From NCBI GenBank assembly GCA_000004985.1, contig GG738851.1: 64,000 bases of DNA, one strand, 5' to 3'. Each line of letters starts with the position of its first letter. The stretch's first letter is position 1. Below, in pieces: positions 29,952-39,777 of this stretch. The DNA is from Naegleria gruberi. Taxonomy: Eukaryota. The notes beneath the pieces were generated by a model. It had not been told where the DNA came from and ran no database searches. It worked only from the letters and a program-made list of their open reading frames with translations. A program made the translations under genes and the position numbers.

Positions 29952-31898
29952 ATGATGAATAATTGTTCCCCTTCCGAAGACTCGATATTATGTGTGGAGA
30001 GAATGAACCATTCTTGTTATAACAACCACCATCATCACCACCACCACTTACAACACCTTACCTCTACTCTAGTCTCACCATCCTCTTGTCCAAAGTACAC
30101 TCATCCTTCACCTAACACACAAGTTTTTATCAAGACACTCTCTGGTAAAACAATGACACTTCTGGTTGACTTGAAAAAGGACACCATCCTTTCAGTCAAG
30201 GAAAAGATTTATCAGAAAACATGCATTCCTGCTCTCAAGCAAAGACTCATTCATAGACAACTACAATTAGAAGATCATAAGAAATTGAGTGACTACCCGA
30301 CCATTGATAAAGATTCCACATTCCATTTAGTATTACGTCTGGTTGCTGGAGTAAACACCAAGTCAGGCAAAAGTAGATCCAAAAAGACAATTCCAATCAA
30401 GACTGAAGATGGTGCTGATGCAATTTCTAATCAAATAACATCTGACAATAGTAGCACATCGCTGACACCAACAACAGCTGTTGTTGTTGCAGACTTGACA
30501 ATACCCAAGCCAGATGATGGAACAATTGATGCTTCCATCATTAATACTTCCTCTACCAACGAACTTGTTACAACGTCCTCATCATCTAATAATAACAATT
30601 CTACAACAACACCTGCCACCACTCGTAAATCAAGATCCAAGAGCAACGCTTCCACAAAAAAGTCCTCGAAAAAGTCCACATCCTCCTCCTCAACAACTGA
30701 AATTAAAGTGAAAGAAGAGCCAATGGAAAAAGATAACAACACGATAGTTTTGGCTTCATCAGATTTGAATAGTATACATTCGTCACCTTCAGAGAATTCG
30801 ACGAGTCCTTCATCCTCTACAATTCCATCTTCTAACTCTAATGCTTTAGAGGCATACTCAGACGAATCTGAGACAGATGAAGACGATTCCGATTCCGAAG
30901 GTGGTGGTAAGGGAAAAAGATCTGGAAAGAATAAGAAGAGAGGATCCTACACAAAGAGAGCCTGTATAAATTGTAGGACGGCTCACGCTGCCTGTGATTC
31001 AGGAAGACCATGTAAGAGATGCATTCAATTGGGAAAGGCTGACAGTTGTCGGGATGCTGAAAGAAAGAGAACCAAGAAGAGAACCTTGAATGAATACGAA
31101 AATGCTCCAGTATTCTTCCCATCTCTTGACTCGTTTATTCCTCTTTTGAGTGGCTTACAACCAGCTCCTCCTTTGGAAACTGTTCAAAAGAGTGATGATA
31201 CCTCCAACATGTCAACAAATTCAGAAACCTCTGAAAAGAAGATTAAGGATGAATTTACACCAAAATCTACCGCTAGAATTAAGAAGGAAAAGGAAAGTAA
31301 GAGAAAGAGTAAGAACCAATCCTCAAGCACTGAACAGAAGGTTGAAAGAATGGACATTATGGAAATTTCTCAACCAGAAAAACCATTGAATAGTGAATTG
31401 GCAGCCATCTTTGCTCCAGACACCGCACACTCCACTTTCTTAGATATGGAAAGTTCACCAACCACTGAGCAAGATGTCCAAATGTTCTTCAACGATGAGG
31501 ACATTTCATTGGACAAGAGAGGAGGTGATAATCTCTCAGAAGCATTCAATACAGGTGTTGTACTTTCACCAGAATCGAATAATAGCCAAATTGAAGAAGT
31601 TTTACCTTCTACAGCACTTGCTCTCGTTCCAAACAATCCAGACAACCAACAACTCATCTCCATTCTCCAATCCTACAATGGTACTCTTCCTTTCGACTTG
31701 ACTGAAGCAATTTCACAGAGCAACAATAATGAAATTGTCAAAATGTTACTCTATGAATATTTGAGACAATCACAAGAGCTTCGTGAATTGAAGCAATTGG
31801 TTGCCTCTCTCCAATTTACTCTCATTAATTTAAATCCTCCTCAATTTTCCCCTAACTCTAGCACTCCGTTGAATGACATTTCAAACAACACAATGTAA
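29952..31898 (+). CDS. Ubiquitin-like domain + Zn(2)Cys(6) binuclear-cluster DNA-binding domain protein with a Ser/Thr-rich linker
   Basis: The first ATG is at 29952. The track ORF starts at TTG 29925. His-run, then a UBL fold (VFIKTLSGKTMTLLVDLKKDTILSVKEKIYQK...FHLVLRL). The segment CINCRTAHAACDSGRPCKRCIQLGKADSC fits the C-x2-C-x6-C-x5-C-x2-C-x8-C pattern of a Zn2Cys6 cluster. Preceded by a basic KKRGSYTKRA stretch. Confidence 0.65.
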   Translation: MMNNCSPSEDSILCVERMNHSCYNNHHHHHHHLQHLTSTLVSPSSCPKYTHPSPNTQVFIKTLSGKTMTLLVDLKKDTILSVKEKIYQKTCIPALKQRLIHRQLQLEDHKKLSDYPTIDKDSTFHLVLRLVAGVNTKSGKSRSKKTIPIKTEDGADAISNQITSDNSSTSLTPTTAVVVADLTIPKPDDGTIDASIINTSSTNELVTTSSSSNNNNSTTTPATTRKSRSKSNASTKKSSKKSTSSSSTTEIKVKEEPMEKDNNTIVLASSDLNSIHSSPSENSTSPSSSTIPSSNSNALEAYSDESETDEDDSDSEGGGKGKRSGKNKKRGSYTKRACINCRTAHAACDSGRPCKRCIQLGKADSCRDAERKRTKKRTLNEYENAPVFFPSLDSFIPLLSGLQPAPPLETVQKSDDTSNMSTNSETSEKKIKDEFTPKSTARIKKEKESKRKSKNQSSSTEQKVERMDIMEISQPEKPLNSELAAIFAPDTAHSTFLDMESSPTTEQDVQMFFNDEDISLDKRGGDNLSEAFNTGVVLSPESNNSQIEEVLPSTALALVPNNPDNQQLISILQSYNGTLPFDLTEAISQSNNNEIVKMLLYEYLRQSQELRELKQLVASLQFTLINLNPPQFSPNSSTPLNDISNNTM

Positions 31899-32245
31899 AT
31901 AAACAATATTTGGTTATTTAAAATTGACTTTATTCAAATACATCATGATTTTGTATTTTTCTTAAGCATTAATGATACGACGGTCTTATTTTAATACACG
32001 TTAGCTTACATTAAGTTGATGAAAGAAAGTTTGATACCGTTAAGCTGAAAATATCTATGCATAAAAATCATCTACTAACAAATTCCTCTTCAAGAATTTT
32101 CGTATTTTAGTCGATTGTTCAATTTTTCATTGTATTTTAAGTGGATGACCATTCATGGCAGCTGTGCTTTGTTGTCATTGTAAAGTACCCAACGCAGGTT
32201 GATACATGCAATGATGAAAAAAGTTTTTGAAAAAAAATATCATCA

Positions 32246-32794
32246 ATGTCCGCCGAAGAACCAAAGATTGAAAACGTCGAAGAAGAAGAAGTCCCAACCT
32301 TGGAAGATGTCCCTGTTGAACAACTCAAGGGTGAATCTGCTGCCGCTGCTGCTGCCAGACACAGACAATCAAAGGCTGAAAAGAAGAACAAGAAGGCCAT
32401 TCTCAAGGCTGGTTTGAAGGAATATCCAGGTGTCAAGCAAGTCTCCATCAGAAGTGCTCAAAGACTCAACTTGACTATTGATGATCCAGAAGTTTTCATC
32501 TCTGACAATGGTAACGGTACTGCTGTCTTTGTTGTTTTCGGTAAATTCAACATGGAAGATGCCACCCAACAAAGAGGACAACAAGCTGTTGCTGACTTGT
32601 TGAAGCCAAAGGATGAAGTCCCAGTTGAAGCCACTGAATCCGATGAAACCCCAGAAGAACTCCCAGAAAATATTGCCGAAAAGGATGTCCAAATGGTCAT
32701 TGAACAAACTGGTTTGTCCAGAAATGCTGCCATCAAGAAGATTAAGGAACACGGTGGTGACATCATTGAAGCTATCACTTCTGCTCAAAAGTAA
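32246..32794 (+). CDS. NACA-like: Nascent polypeptide-associated complex alpha subunit (NAC domain + C-terminal UBA)
   Basis: 182 aa. Acidic N-terminus. NAC domain KKAILKAGLKEYPGVKQVSIRSAQRLNLTIDDPEVF ... AVFVVFG. C-terminal UBA-like KDVQMVIEQTGLSRNAAIKKIKEHGGDIIEAI. Noticeably higher GC and codon bias than neighbours, as expected for a highly expressed gene. Confidence 0.85.
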   Translation: MSAEEPKIENVEEEEVPTLEDVPVEQLKGESAAAAAARHRQSKAEKKNKKAILKAGLKEYPGVKQVSIRSAQRLNLTIDDPEVFISDNGNGTAVFVVFGKFNMEDATQQRGQQAVADLLKPKDEVPVEATESDETPEELPENIAEKDVQMVIEQTGLSRNAAIKKIKEHGGDIIEAITSAQK

Positions 32795-32912
32795 ATTATT
32801 AAAAAAAAAATTTAAATTCTCTTAAAAATTACAAAATAATTATTGTTTATGTGATGATATTGTTTATTTTTATTATTCAATTGAAAGGTAAGCTAACAAG
32901 AAAGCTTACAAG

Positions 32913-35257
32913 TTAATGGAAAAATTGATTAATTTCTTGTGTTTCGTGGAATCTTCTGAGTATTTTGATTAAGCGCAGTGAAATAACACCAAAGGAATCT
33001 ACCTTGCCGTTTGGTGTCTTGAAACACAATTTACACAAATCTGCAAGTGCTGTCATCGTTTTTTGATAAATTTTTGAATACTTCTTTGCATCAATGTTCA
33101 AGCTTAAATCAGGCTCAGAACAAAGACTTCTATGCTCTACAAATAATAAATCATGAAAGACAACTGCAAAACTGTAAATATCTAAAGCTTTTTGATTTGT
33201 TGGTGAAATGGTACCAAATCTTAAAGAATTGTGCATATATCTGAATGTTCCAGTTCTGGAAGGAATTCCAATAGTTTTGGCAACGACTTCTGAAACTCCA
33301 AAATCTGCCAATTTTACCTCGGTTATTACCTTTCTATTTCCACATTGTCCAAAATTGAGAAGAATATTTGCTGGCTATTTTCATGTTCATCGATTTGTTC
33401 AAATCTCAATAAATGTTTTAACAATTAAATATGTCCTTACCTTTAAATCCTTATGAATAATATTTCTATTATGTAAATATTCCATAGCATATGAAATACT
33501 CAGTAAAATGACAAGCATTTCAGCAATTTTCTGTTCTTCTCCAAGTTGTTTAAAGTCATTGACAAGATAATTCTCCAAATCAATTTCCATCTTTTCAAGA
33601 AACATGCTGGTTTGATTATTTTCAGAAGTATAATTGAACAGCTTAATGATATTTGGATGATTCACATAAGACATGATGAAAACTTCATTATTCGACTTGT
33701 CAGTATTCTTGACAGCATATTTCTTTCCTTCAAAGCTGATGGAAAATACTTGACCTTGAGAGCCTTTTCCTAATGGTCCTTCAATTTCAAAGAGATTAAA
33801 GTCAGTTTTCGGATCAAACTCTCTCTCACGAATAACATTCAATAATTTTGATCGTTCTTTAAAATAATTATCTGAATCTCTAATTAATTCTCCTGGTCTT
33901 TGCATTGCATCAATGATATATTTCTCATGTTTCTCATCCTCAACCTCATTCCAAGCATGTGCTCCATTATAGGCTCCTCTCAATAATCTACATTTGATTC
34001 TATTATCCTCCGAATGAAGACAATCACATATTACCTTAAATAACAGAGCTCTATGTCTACACAGGCCCTTCTTGATTTTACCAAGAGGCACACAAGGTGA
34101 TGCTCGAGTGAGAATCTCCAACTCTTTCCTACACTCACTAGAAATATGTTCACCTCCCATTTCATCACTAACAAATTGAGAAAGTTCTCTATAGAAATTC
34201 GAAAGATCTTGTTGAAGAAATTTCCTTGCCTTTCGAATAATATCATTCAATGAATCATCTATTTGAAGATCTACATAAATTACCTCTCTATTACTATCAT
34301 TGCCATTCGAATATTTTGAAAAATCTTTAAATTCCTTATTGGATCTTCCTGGATCGTAAAATAAATTTCCATTTTTAATCTTGTGATCAAAATCAAGTGA
34401 ATGTGAAAAGTAGTAACGAGCAGAGAGGTTTTCAGTCAGAGTTTGATTAATGAGCTTTCTACTCATAAATTGTAATAAATTATGTTTCGAATATTCTTCC
34501 ATAGTTTCCAAGTCAGCTATTCTATTCAATACATGTTGAATAATTTCAATTTTTTTAACAAATTGAGGAGCTTTTACACTTTCCAAAATATTAGAGAATG
34601 ATTTCAAGATAATTCTTTCATAATTTGACACTTCTTGCAATGAATCATCAAAGACAGTTCTTTCATCGTCAAATTTTCCATCATCTGTCATGGTGTCATT
34701 TTCTTCTGTGAATTCGTTTTCTAATGGTTGAATTGGTGAAATGATGGGATTGTTTAGTTGATTGAGAGCTCTTTGAAAAAGTTCTGAATCAACTTTGGCC
34801 TTTCTTTCAATAAATTTTGAAACTATTCTTTTCGAAACTTGCAATTTCTTGCTCATTACATTTTCTAAATATCTTGTGAAGGGAAGAGGATTCTACCAAA
34901 TATAATTAATCATAAAACATTGAAACTTACTCCCAAATTCACATCAACCTTGTCACTTTCCAATAAAATTGATAGATACTCTTCGGAATTATTCAAAATC
35001 ACAAATTCCAATGCAGTCATTGCATTATATTTTACATTTACATCAACGTGTCCGATAATCAATTCCAATATCTTGGAACATTTACTTGTTTTACAAATTG
35101 CAAAGATTGCTGGCATGCCATCATCGGGATTTTTCAATATCAAATCTTTGGATGATTTTAAAAGTTCTTGAATGGTTTTATAGCCATCATCTTGATGATT
35201 TTCAATGGCAGTAAACAGCTGTTCAATGAGGTCAGGTGTTTTAAATGGGAGTGACAT
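32913..35257 (-). CDS. Ankyrin-repeat + EDR1-domain + protein kinase (CTR1/EDR1-like, TKL-type), three exons
   Basis: Exon 1 is 34931..35257 (ankyrin repeats). Intron 34893..34930 (GTAAGT..GGTAG, 38 nt, phase 0). Exon 2 is 33441..34892. It carries the EDR1 signature GLCRHRALLFKVICDCL...GAYNGAHAWNEV and kinase subdomains I-VIb (GPLGKGSQGQVF ... AVK ... HRNIIHKDLK). Intron 33375..33440 (GTAAGG..AATAG, 66 nt) sits between HKDLK and PANILL. Exon 3 is 32913..33374 (KLADFGVSEV ... GTFRYMHNS ... DIYSFAVVF). Confidence 0.65.
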
Positions 35258-35313
35258 TTTTTTTTTCTTGAAGAAATTTGTAATGTGACAAATGATGCGA
35301 ATTCTCGAAATGG

Positions 35314-36975
35314 TTATTGTGTCAATACTTGCTCAACACATGAGGTACCTGCTAATCTACTAGTTATCCATGCAAGTGCAAAGTTAAAACCTCCAATTCT
35401 ACCAAAAGCATCCAAAACTTCACCACATAAGAAAAGATTTGGATGAATCTTACTTTCCATAGATGGAATATTAATTTGTGAAAGATCTACACCTCCTCCT
35501 GTAACTTCTGCCATCTTGAATCCCTTATTTCCACCAATATCTAATGGGAAACTAGTTAAATGTGAAATAATGGACCTTCTTTGGTCATTGCTTAGTCTGG
35601 AAACAAGCAAATCACTCATTGCCAAAGAATCGGTGATTAATTGGACGAGACGAATTGGTAAAAAGTTTGGTTCCGAGTTTTTGTGAATGAAATTCTTGAG
35701 AACGAGCTTGGAATTCTTTTGTTTGGCTTGTTGGAATTTTCTGTCCCATTCCTGAGCTGAGATGAGTGGAGTCCAATTCACATAGAGTTTCAATTGACAT
35801 GGTGGCTTTGCTGGTGAGTGGAAAAGTAGCCTTTCAATTTGTGATTTTTCAATGAGAGAAGAGGATTGGGGTGGATTTTCAACGAGTATATCCTTCATAC
35901 GTTGAGTTTCAAAATTGTAGAGACCTGGTATGGTTGCATGTGAAGGATTGAGACAAGCTGGGCCGGAATAACCTGTATGAGTGAAAAGGAAACCTTTTGG
36001 TTCTTCCATTTGATAGATTACCTTCCTTTCAGATCCATTTTCCAAACAAACTGTTAGAATTACATTTGGAATGGTCAATCCACTCAATTCCTTATGAATT
36101 AATTTCACTTTAGAATCTGAAACCAATGGTGTCAAGGCAGGATACATTGGCACAATGGAATGACCCAATTGAGAAAGTAACTGAACACCCACTCCATCAC
36201 TATTAATCACACTCAATCCTCCAGTTGACATGACCACTGATTTACATAAAACCGATTGGTTATCCCTATCATTATGTGAAAATTTCACATTCCATCCTCT
36301 TTCAGTTTTTTCCAATCCTTTCACATCACAATTATTCAAAATTGAAACTTTCACTCTTTCATTACTTTTATCAGTAATGCTCTTGAGAAATGCATCCAAA
36401 ACATCCTTGGCATCGTTTGATTGGGGGAAATATTTTCCAGATTCAACTTCCAATTCTAGTGGAATTTTCAATTCCTTTTCAAAGAATACTTTTTGTTGCT
36501 CAATTGGCCAAGTTTTCAATATTTGAAACAAGATATCTGGTCTACTTGAAAAGTATTTCAATTCCAAATCATTTTCCTTTTTGAAAGAAAGCCATTTGCT
36601 TTCATGTGGTATTAAATTACATCTAGAACCTCCAGACATGATGATTTTTCTTCCACATTGAGGCTTTCTTTCCAATAGTAGAATTTCAATCTTTTGATTC
36701 TTGTTTGATTTGAGGAGTGAAAGGGCTTTAGATTGAGCAAATTTAGTGCAATTTAATCCAGCAGCACCTCCTCCAACAATACAAATTCTCTTCACTTCCG
36801 ATGATGATGATAATTGTTTTGAAATGGTGAATGATTTAAAATTATTTAGAGTTGTGCAACTTGTTCCGATATTGTGCTGTTGTTGTATTAATATATTATT
36901 GAATTTTGATGTGGCAACAATTTTATGTTTCAATGAAGAACCATGCATCAATGATTGATAATTGAATTGTTTCAT
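35314..36975 (-). CDS. HI0933/BaiN-like FAD-dependent flavoprotein (predicted NAD(FAD)-utilising dehydrogenase)
   Basis: 553 aa. Rossmann dinucleotide motif ICIVGGGAAGLNC. MSGGSRCNL, TGGLSV and GFLFTHTGYSGPA are typical of the family. C-terminal GGFNFALAWITS. Confidence 0.65.
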   Translation of the reverse strand: MKQFNYQSLMHGSSLKHKIVATSKFNNILIQQQHNIGTSCTTLNNFKSFTISKQLSSSSEVKRICIVGGGAAGLNCTKFAQSKALSLLKSNKNQKIEILLLERKPQCGRKIIMSGGSRCNLIPHESKWLSFKKENDLELKYFSSRPDILFQILKTWPIEQQKVFFEKELKIPLELEVESGKYFPQSNDAKDVLDAFLKSITDKSNERVKVSILNNCDVKGLEKTERGWNVKFSHNDRDNQSVLCKSVVMSTGGLSVINSDGVGVQLLSQLGHSIVPMYPALTPLVSDSKVKLIHKELSGLTIPNVILTVCLENGSERKVIYQMEEPKGFLFTHTGYSGPACLNPSHATIPGLYNFETQRMKDILVENPPQSSSLIEKSQIERLLFHSPAKPPCQLKLYVNWTPLISAQEWDRKFQQAKQKNSKLVLKNFIHKNSEPNFLPIRLVQLITDSLAMSDLLVSRLSNDQRRSIISHLTSFPLDIGGNKGFKMAEVTGGGVDLSQINIPSMESKIHPNLFLCGEVLDAFGRIGGFNFALAWITSRLAGTSCVEQVLTQ

Positions 36976-37090
36976 TTTTTAACTTCAAAACTTTTCACAA
37001 CTCAATGATAATTGTAATGGATTTGGAATATTTGAGATTTTAGAAATTTAATTTTTTAATTTATATTTGGTTTGATTAATTTAGAGGAAC

Positions 37091-39133
37091 TTAGAATTGG
37101 AAGCGATTGAAGAGGAAACTTCTATAGTTAAAGCTTCTTGCTTCTTCTTCAGAATCGCCAGAATCATCAGAATCTTCGCTGACAGTGTGTGACTTTTGGT
37201 CAATAATAATGTCAACTGGGATGGTTGATTCTTCGCTAGTCATTCCCTCAAAGATTTTCTTCATTTCATCAGTAACAATACCGTGTTCTTCCAACAAAGA
37301 TTTGGCATCATCGTAATCACCTTCAGCTTGGATTTCCAAAACAGTTTCCAACAACTTGGTCATGGCACTTTCGAATTCGTTAGTATTAACAGCAAAAACA
37401 GTCTTTGAGCTTTCTTGGGAAACAGTGATAGCACCCTTAGCTCTCATATAGTTGAATGCAACAGCATTAGCCATAGCGTGAGCAGATTCACTGACACCAA
37501 ATCTAACACTTCTGAAAATACCAGCCAAGAATGTTGTGTAGAGGGCCTTCTTAGCAAGAACGTTAGCTGGAGCAGTAGCATCAACACTACTTAATCCGAA
37601 ATCAATAGTAGTGATATTGCTATCCATCATGTAAGACAACATCCACAATCCACCAATATCTGCCTTGAGTTCTTCAATTGGAGAGTAGTACTTGCCCAAA
37701 GCTTCACGCAAAGTCTTGCTTGTTTCAGCACCATTTTCAAAGACCTTTTGTGGACCCAAACCGTGCATCATTTCGTGGGCAAGAACTTGAGTGAAGAAGG
37801 CATTAAAGATGACAAAATTTTGTTGAGCTGATGAGATGACAAGCTTGGAAATTGGGAGGAGAATGTTATTGAACTTGGCCTTTTGAACATTCTTCAATAA
37901 AACTCTCTTAGATCCGTATTGTTCAATAATGCTTTCAGTGTTTGGCAAAGTATAAGCAACAGCCTTGATAGCACCATTGGCTTGACCACCAGCATAAATT
38001 TGATTGATAACTCTGATAGAATTGATAGCACCAACACTTCTGACTGGATATTTAGTGGTATCCATTGGCAAACCAGTTTCAATAGCTTGCAAGTTAGCCA
38101 AAACAACATTGATGAATTTGGTAGAATCAGAATCCTTATATCCAATGTAAGCTTCAAAAGCAGCCTTCAACCCCATCAATTCATCATCATAGGTTTCATA
38201 TGGGCCAATAGTAACTTCCAAAACAGAATTGCTATCAGTCATGTTCAACCAAGCAATATCGGAAAGTTCATAATTGTTTGAAGTGAAAGCATCAGCTCTG
38301 AGTTGAAGGAAGCTCTTCAAGTAAGAATCCTTTGGATTAGTCAAAAGATTGGCAGCAGCATGCAAGTACTTGACAGCCTTGGCCAACTTCTTTTCGTATT
38401 GAGTACTGTATTTAACAGGTGTCAATTTACCACTGCTTTCCTTAATGACAGTGTAAAAACTGGTTGCTTCAGCGTGAGCAGTAGAGTCCAATTCATTGAT
38501 CCATTCTTTGATTTCACTTTCAGTGACGTTTTCTGGATAGAAAGCAGCACCAGCAAGCTTCTTTTCTGGAACTTCGTGCTTTGGCTTTTCGGCAAGGAAA
38601 TCAAAAGGTTCCTTGACAAAGGATTCATCGTTACTGACTCTAACCCAAGGTCCGAAATTCAAATCAAACAAAGCCAAAGGCTTTCCATGACAGGCAGTTG
38701 GCAAAATTTCAGCTCTGAGGTGTGAATTTTCAGACCACATTTGATCTCTATAAATTTCTCCCATAACATCAGCAGCTTTCTTTAATTGAGTGATAACAGC
38801 ACTGTATTCTGTGGAAATTTGTGTATAAGATGTTGTTTGTTCCAATACGACAGTACTATACTTATTCAAGTGGTCTTGCACTTCTCCACATCCCAGTTCG
38901 GTTATAAACAAAACAGCAGCAAAAGCACAGAAACCTCCCAAAATTAACAAAATAATCAACAAGATGATGATAGCACCAATGTGATTTAAACACTTGAATT
39001 TAGAGAGAAATTTTTCACCAATAGTTTTTGTTGCTCTTACTGGATCTTCCAAATTTTCAAGGCTTGATGCTCTTGTTGTATCATTACCAGTTTCCTGGAG
39101 TTCAAAATCTTCTTCCTCCAATCGATGAGACAT
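37091..39133 (-). CDS. Type-II membrane-anchored HExxH zinc metallopeptidase (DPP III / M49-like)
   Basis: 680 aa. N-terminal signal-anchor IGAIIILLIILLILGGFCAFAAVLFI. Zinc motif VLAHEMMHGLG with a downstream EELKAD glutamate. Acidic Ser-rich tail. Family assignment is tentative. Confidence 0.5.
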   Translation of the reverse strand: MSHRLEEEDFELQETGNDTTRASSLENLEDPVRATKTIGEKFLSKFKCLNHIGAIIILLIILLILGGFCAFAAVLFITELGCGEVQDHLNKYSTVVLEQTTSYTQISTEYSAVITQLKKAADVMGEIYRDQMWSENSHLRAEILPTACHGKPLALFDLNFGPWVRVSNDESFVKEPFDFLAEKPKHEVPEKKLAGAAFYPENVTESEIKEWINELDSTAHAEATSFYTVIKESSGKLTPVKYSTQYEKKLAKAVKYLHAAANLLTNPKDSYLKSFLQLRADAFTSNNYELSDIAWLNMTDSNSVLEVTIGPYETYDDELMGLKAAFEAYIGYKDSDSTKFINVVLANLQAIETGLPMDTTKYPVRSVGAINSIRVINQIYAGGQANGAIKAVAYTLPNTESIIEQYGSKRVLLKNVQKAKFNNILLPISKLVISSAQQNFVIFNAFFTQVLAHEMMHGLGPQKVFENGAETSKTLREALGKYYSPIEELKADIGGLWMLSYMMDSNITTIDFGLSSVDATAPANVLAKKALYTTFLAGIFRSVRFGVSESAHAMANAVAFNYMRAKGAITVSQESSKTVFAVNTNEFESAMTKLLETVLEIQAEGDYDDAKSLLEEHGIVTDEMKKIFEGMTSEESTIPVDIIIDQKSHTVSEDSDDSGDSEEEARSFNYRSFLFNRFQF

Positions 39134-39777
39134 TTTCGCAGCAAATATTTTTCTCGGCTATTAGGAACACAAAGCTGATGATGATGAAAAATATTATTTG
39201 TATCGTTATCGCGCTCACGATGTATTTATATTTTTTTTTAAAGCAATTAAAAAATCATTTCAATTATTTATTAATTCTACCGATAATGCCAACAGCGGTT
39301 CGCTATTCTTGTCCATGTTGCCAAAATTATCTAGCCCTAGCAGAGCTTCGTAAACGTTGATTTTCTGCTGCTGCATATTGGTACTGACCATGCTGGTTAG
39401 AGATAATGGAATGAGCATCCAATTGCTAATAATAATTCATGGCGTAATCTGTGAAATAATTATAGAGAAGGCACTGTTGGATGGATAGCACATTAGAGTG
39501 ATGATTGATACTTGGTGAGGTTTTATTTTGGATATTGAGGAGAATTTGAACGATTTTCGAAACTGAAAAACAAATGTTTGTTTAAAAGGTTTATTTTTGG
39601 AAAAAAAGATTAAATTGACTGGATTGAACCATTATTGATCATTTATTAATGTTATCTACAGTAAAGATTCTAATATTAAGAATGAAAATAATTGAGTATT
39701 TAAATTATTAAGCCAATTTTTCAATATTTTCTTAATTTTCTCAATTTTCATTTAAATTTTTAAATTTTAAAAAAAAT

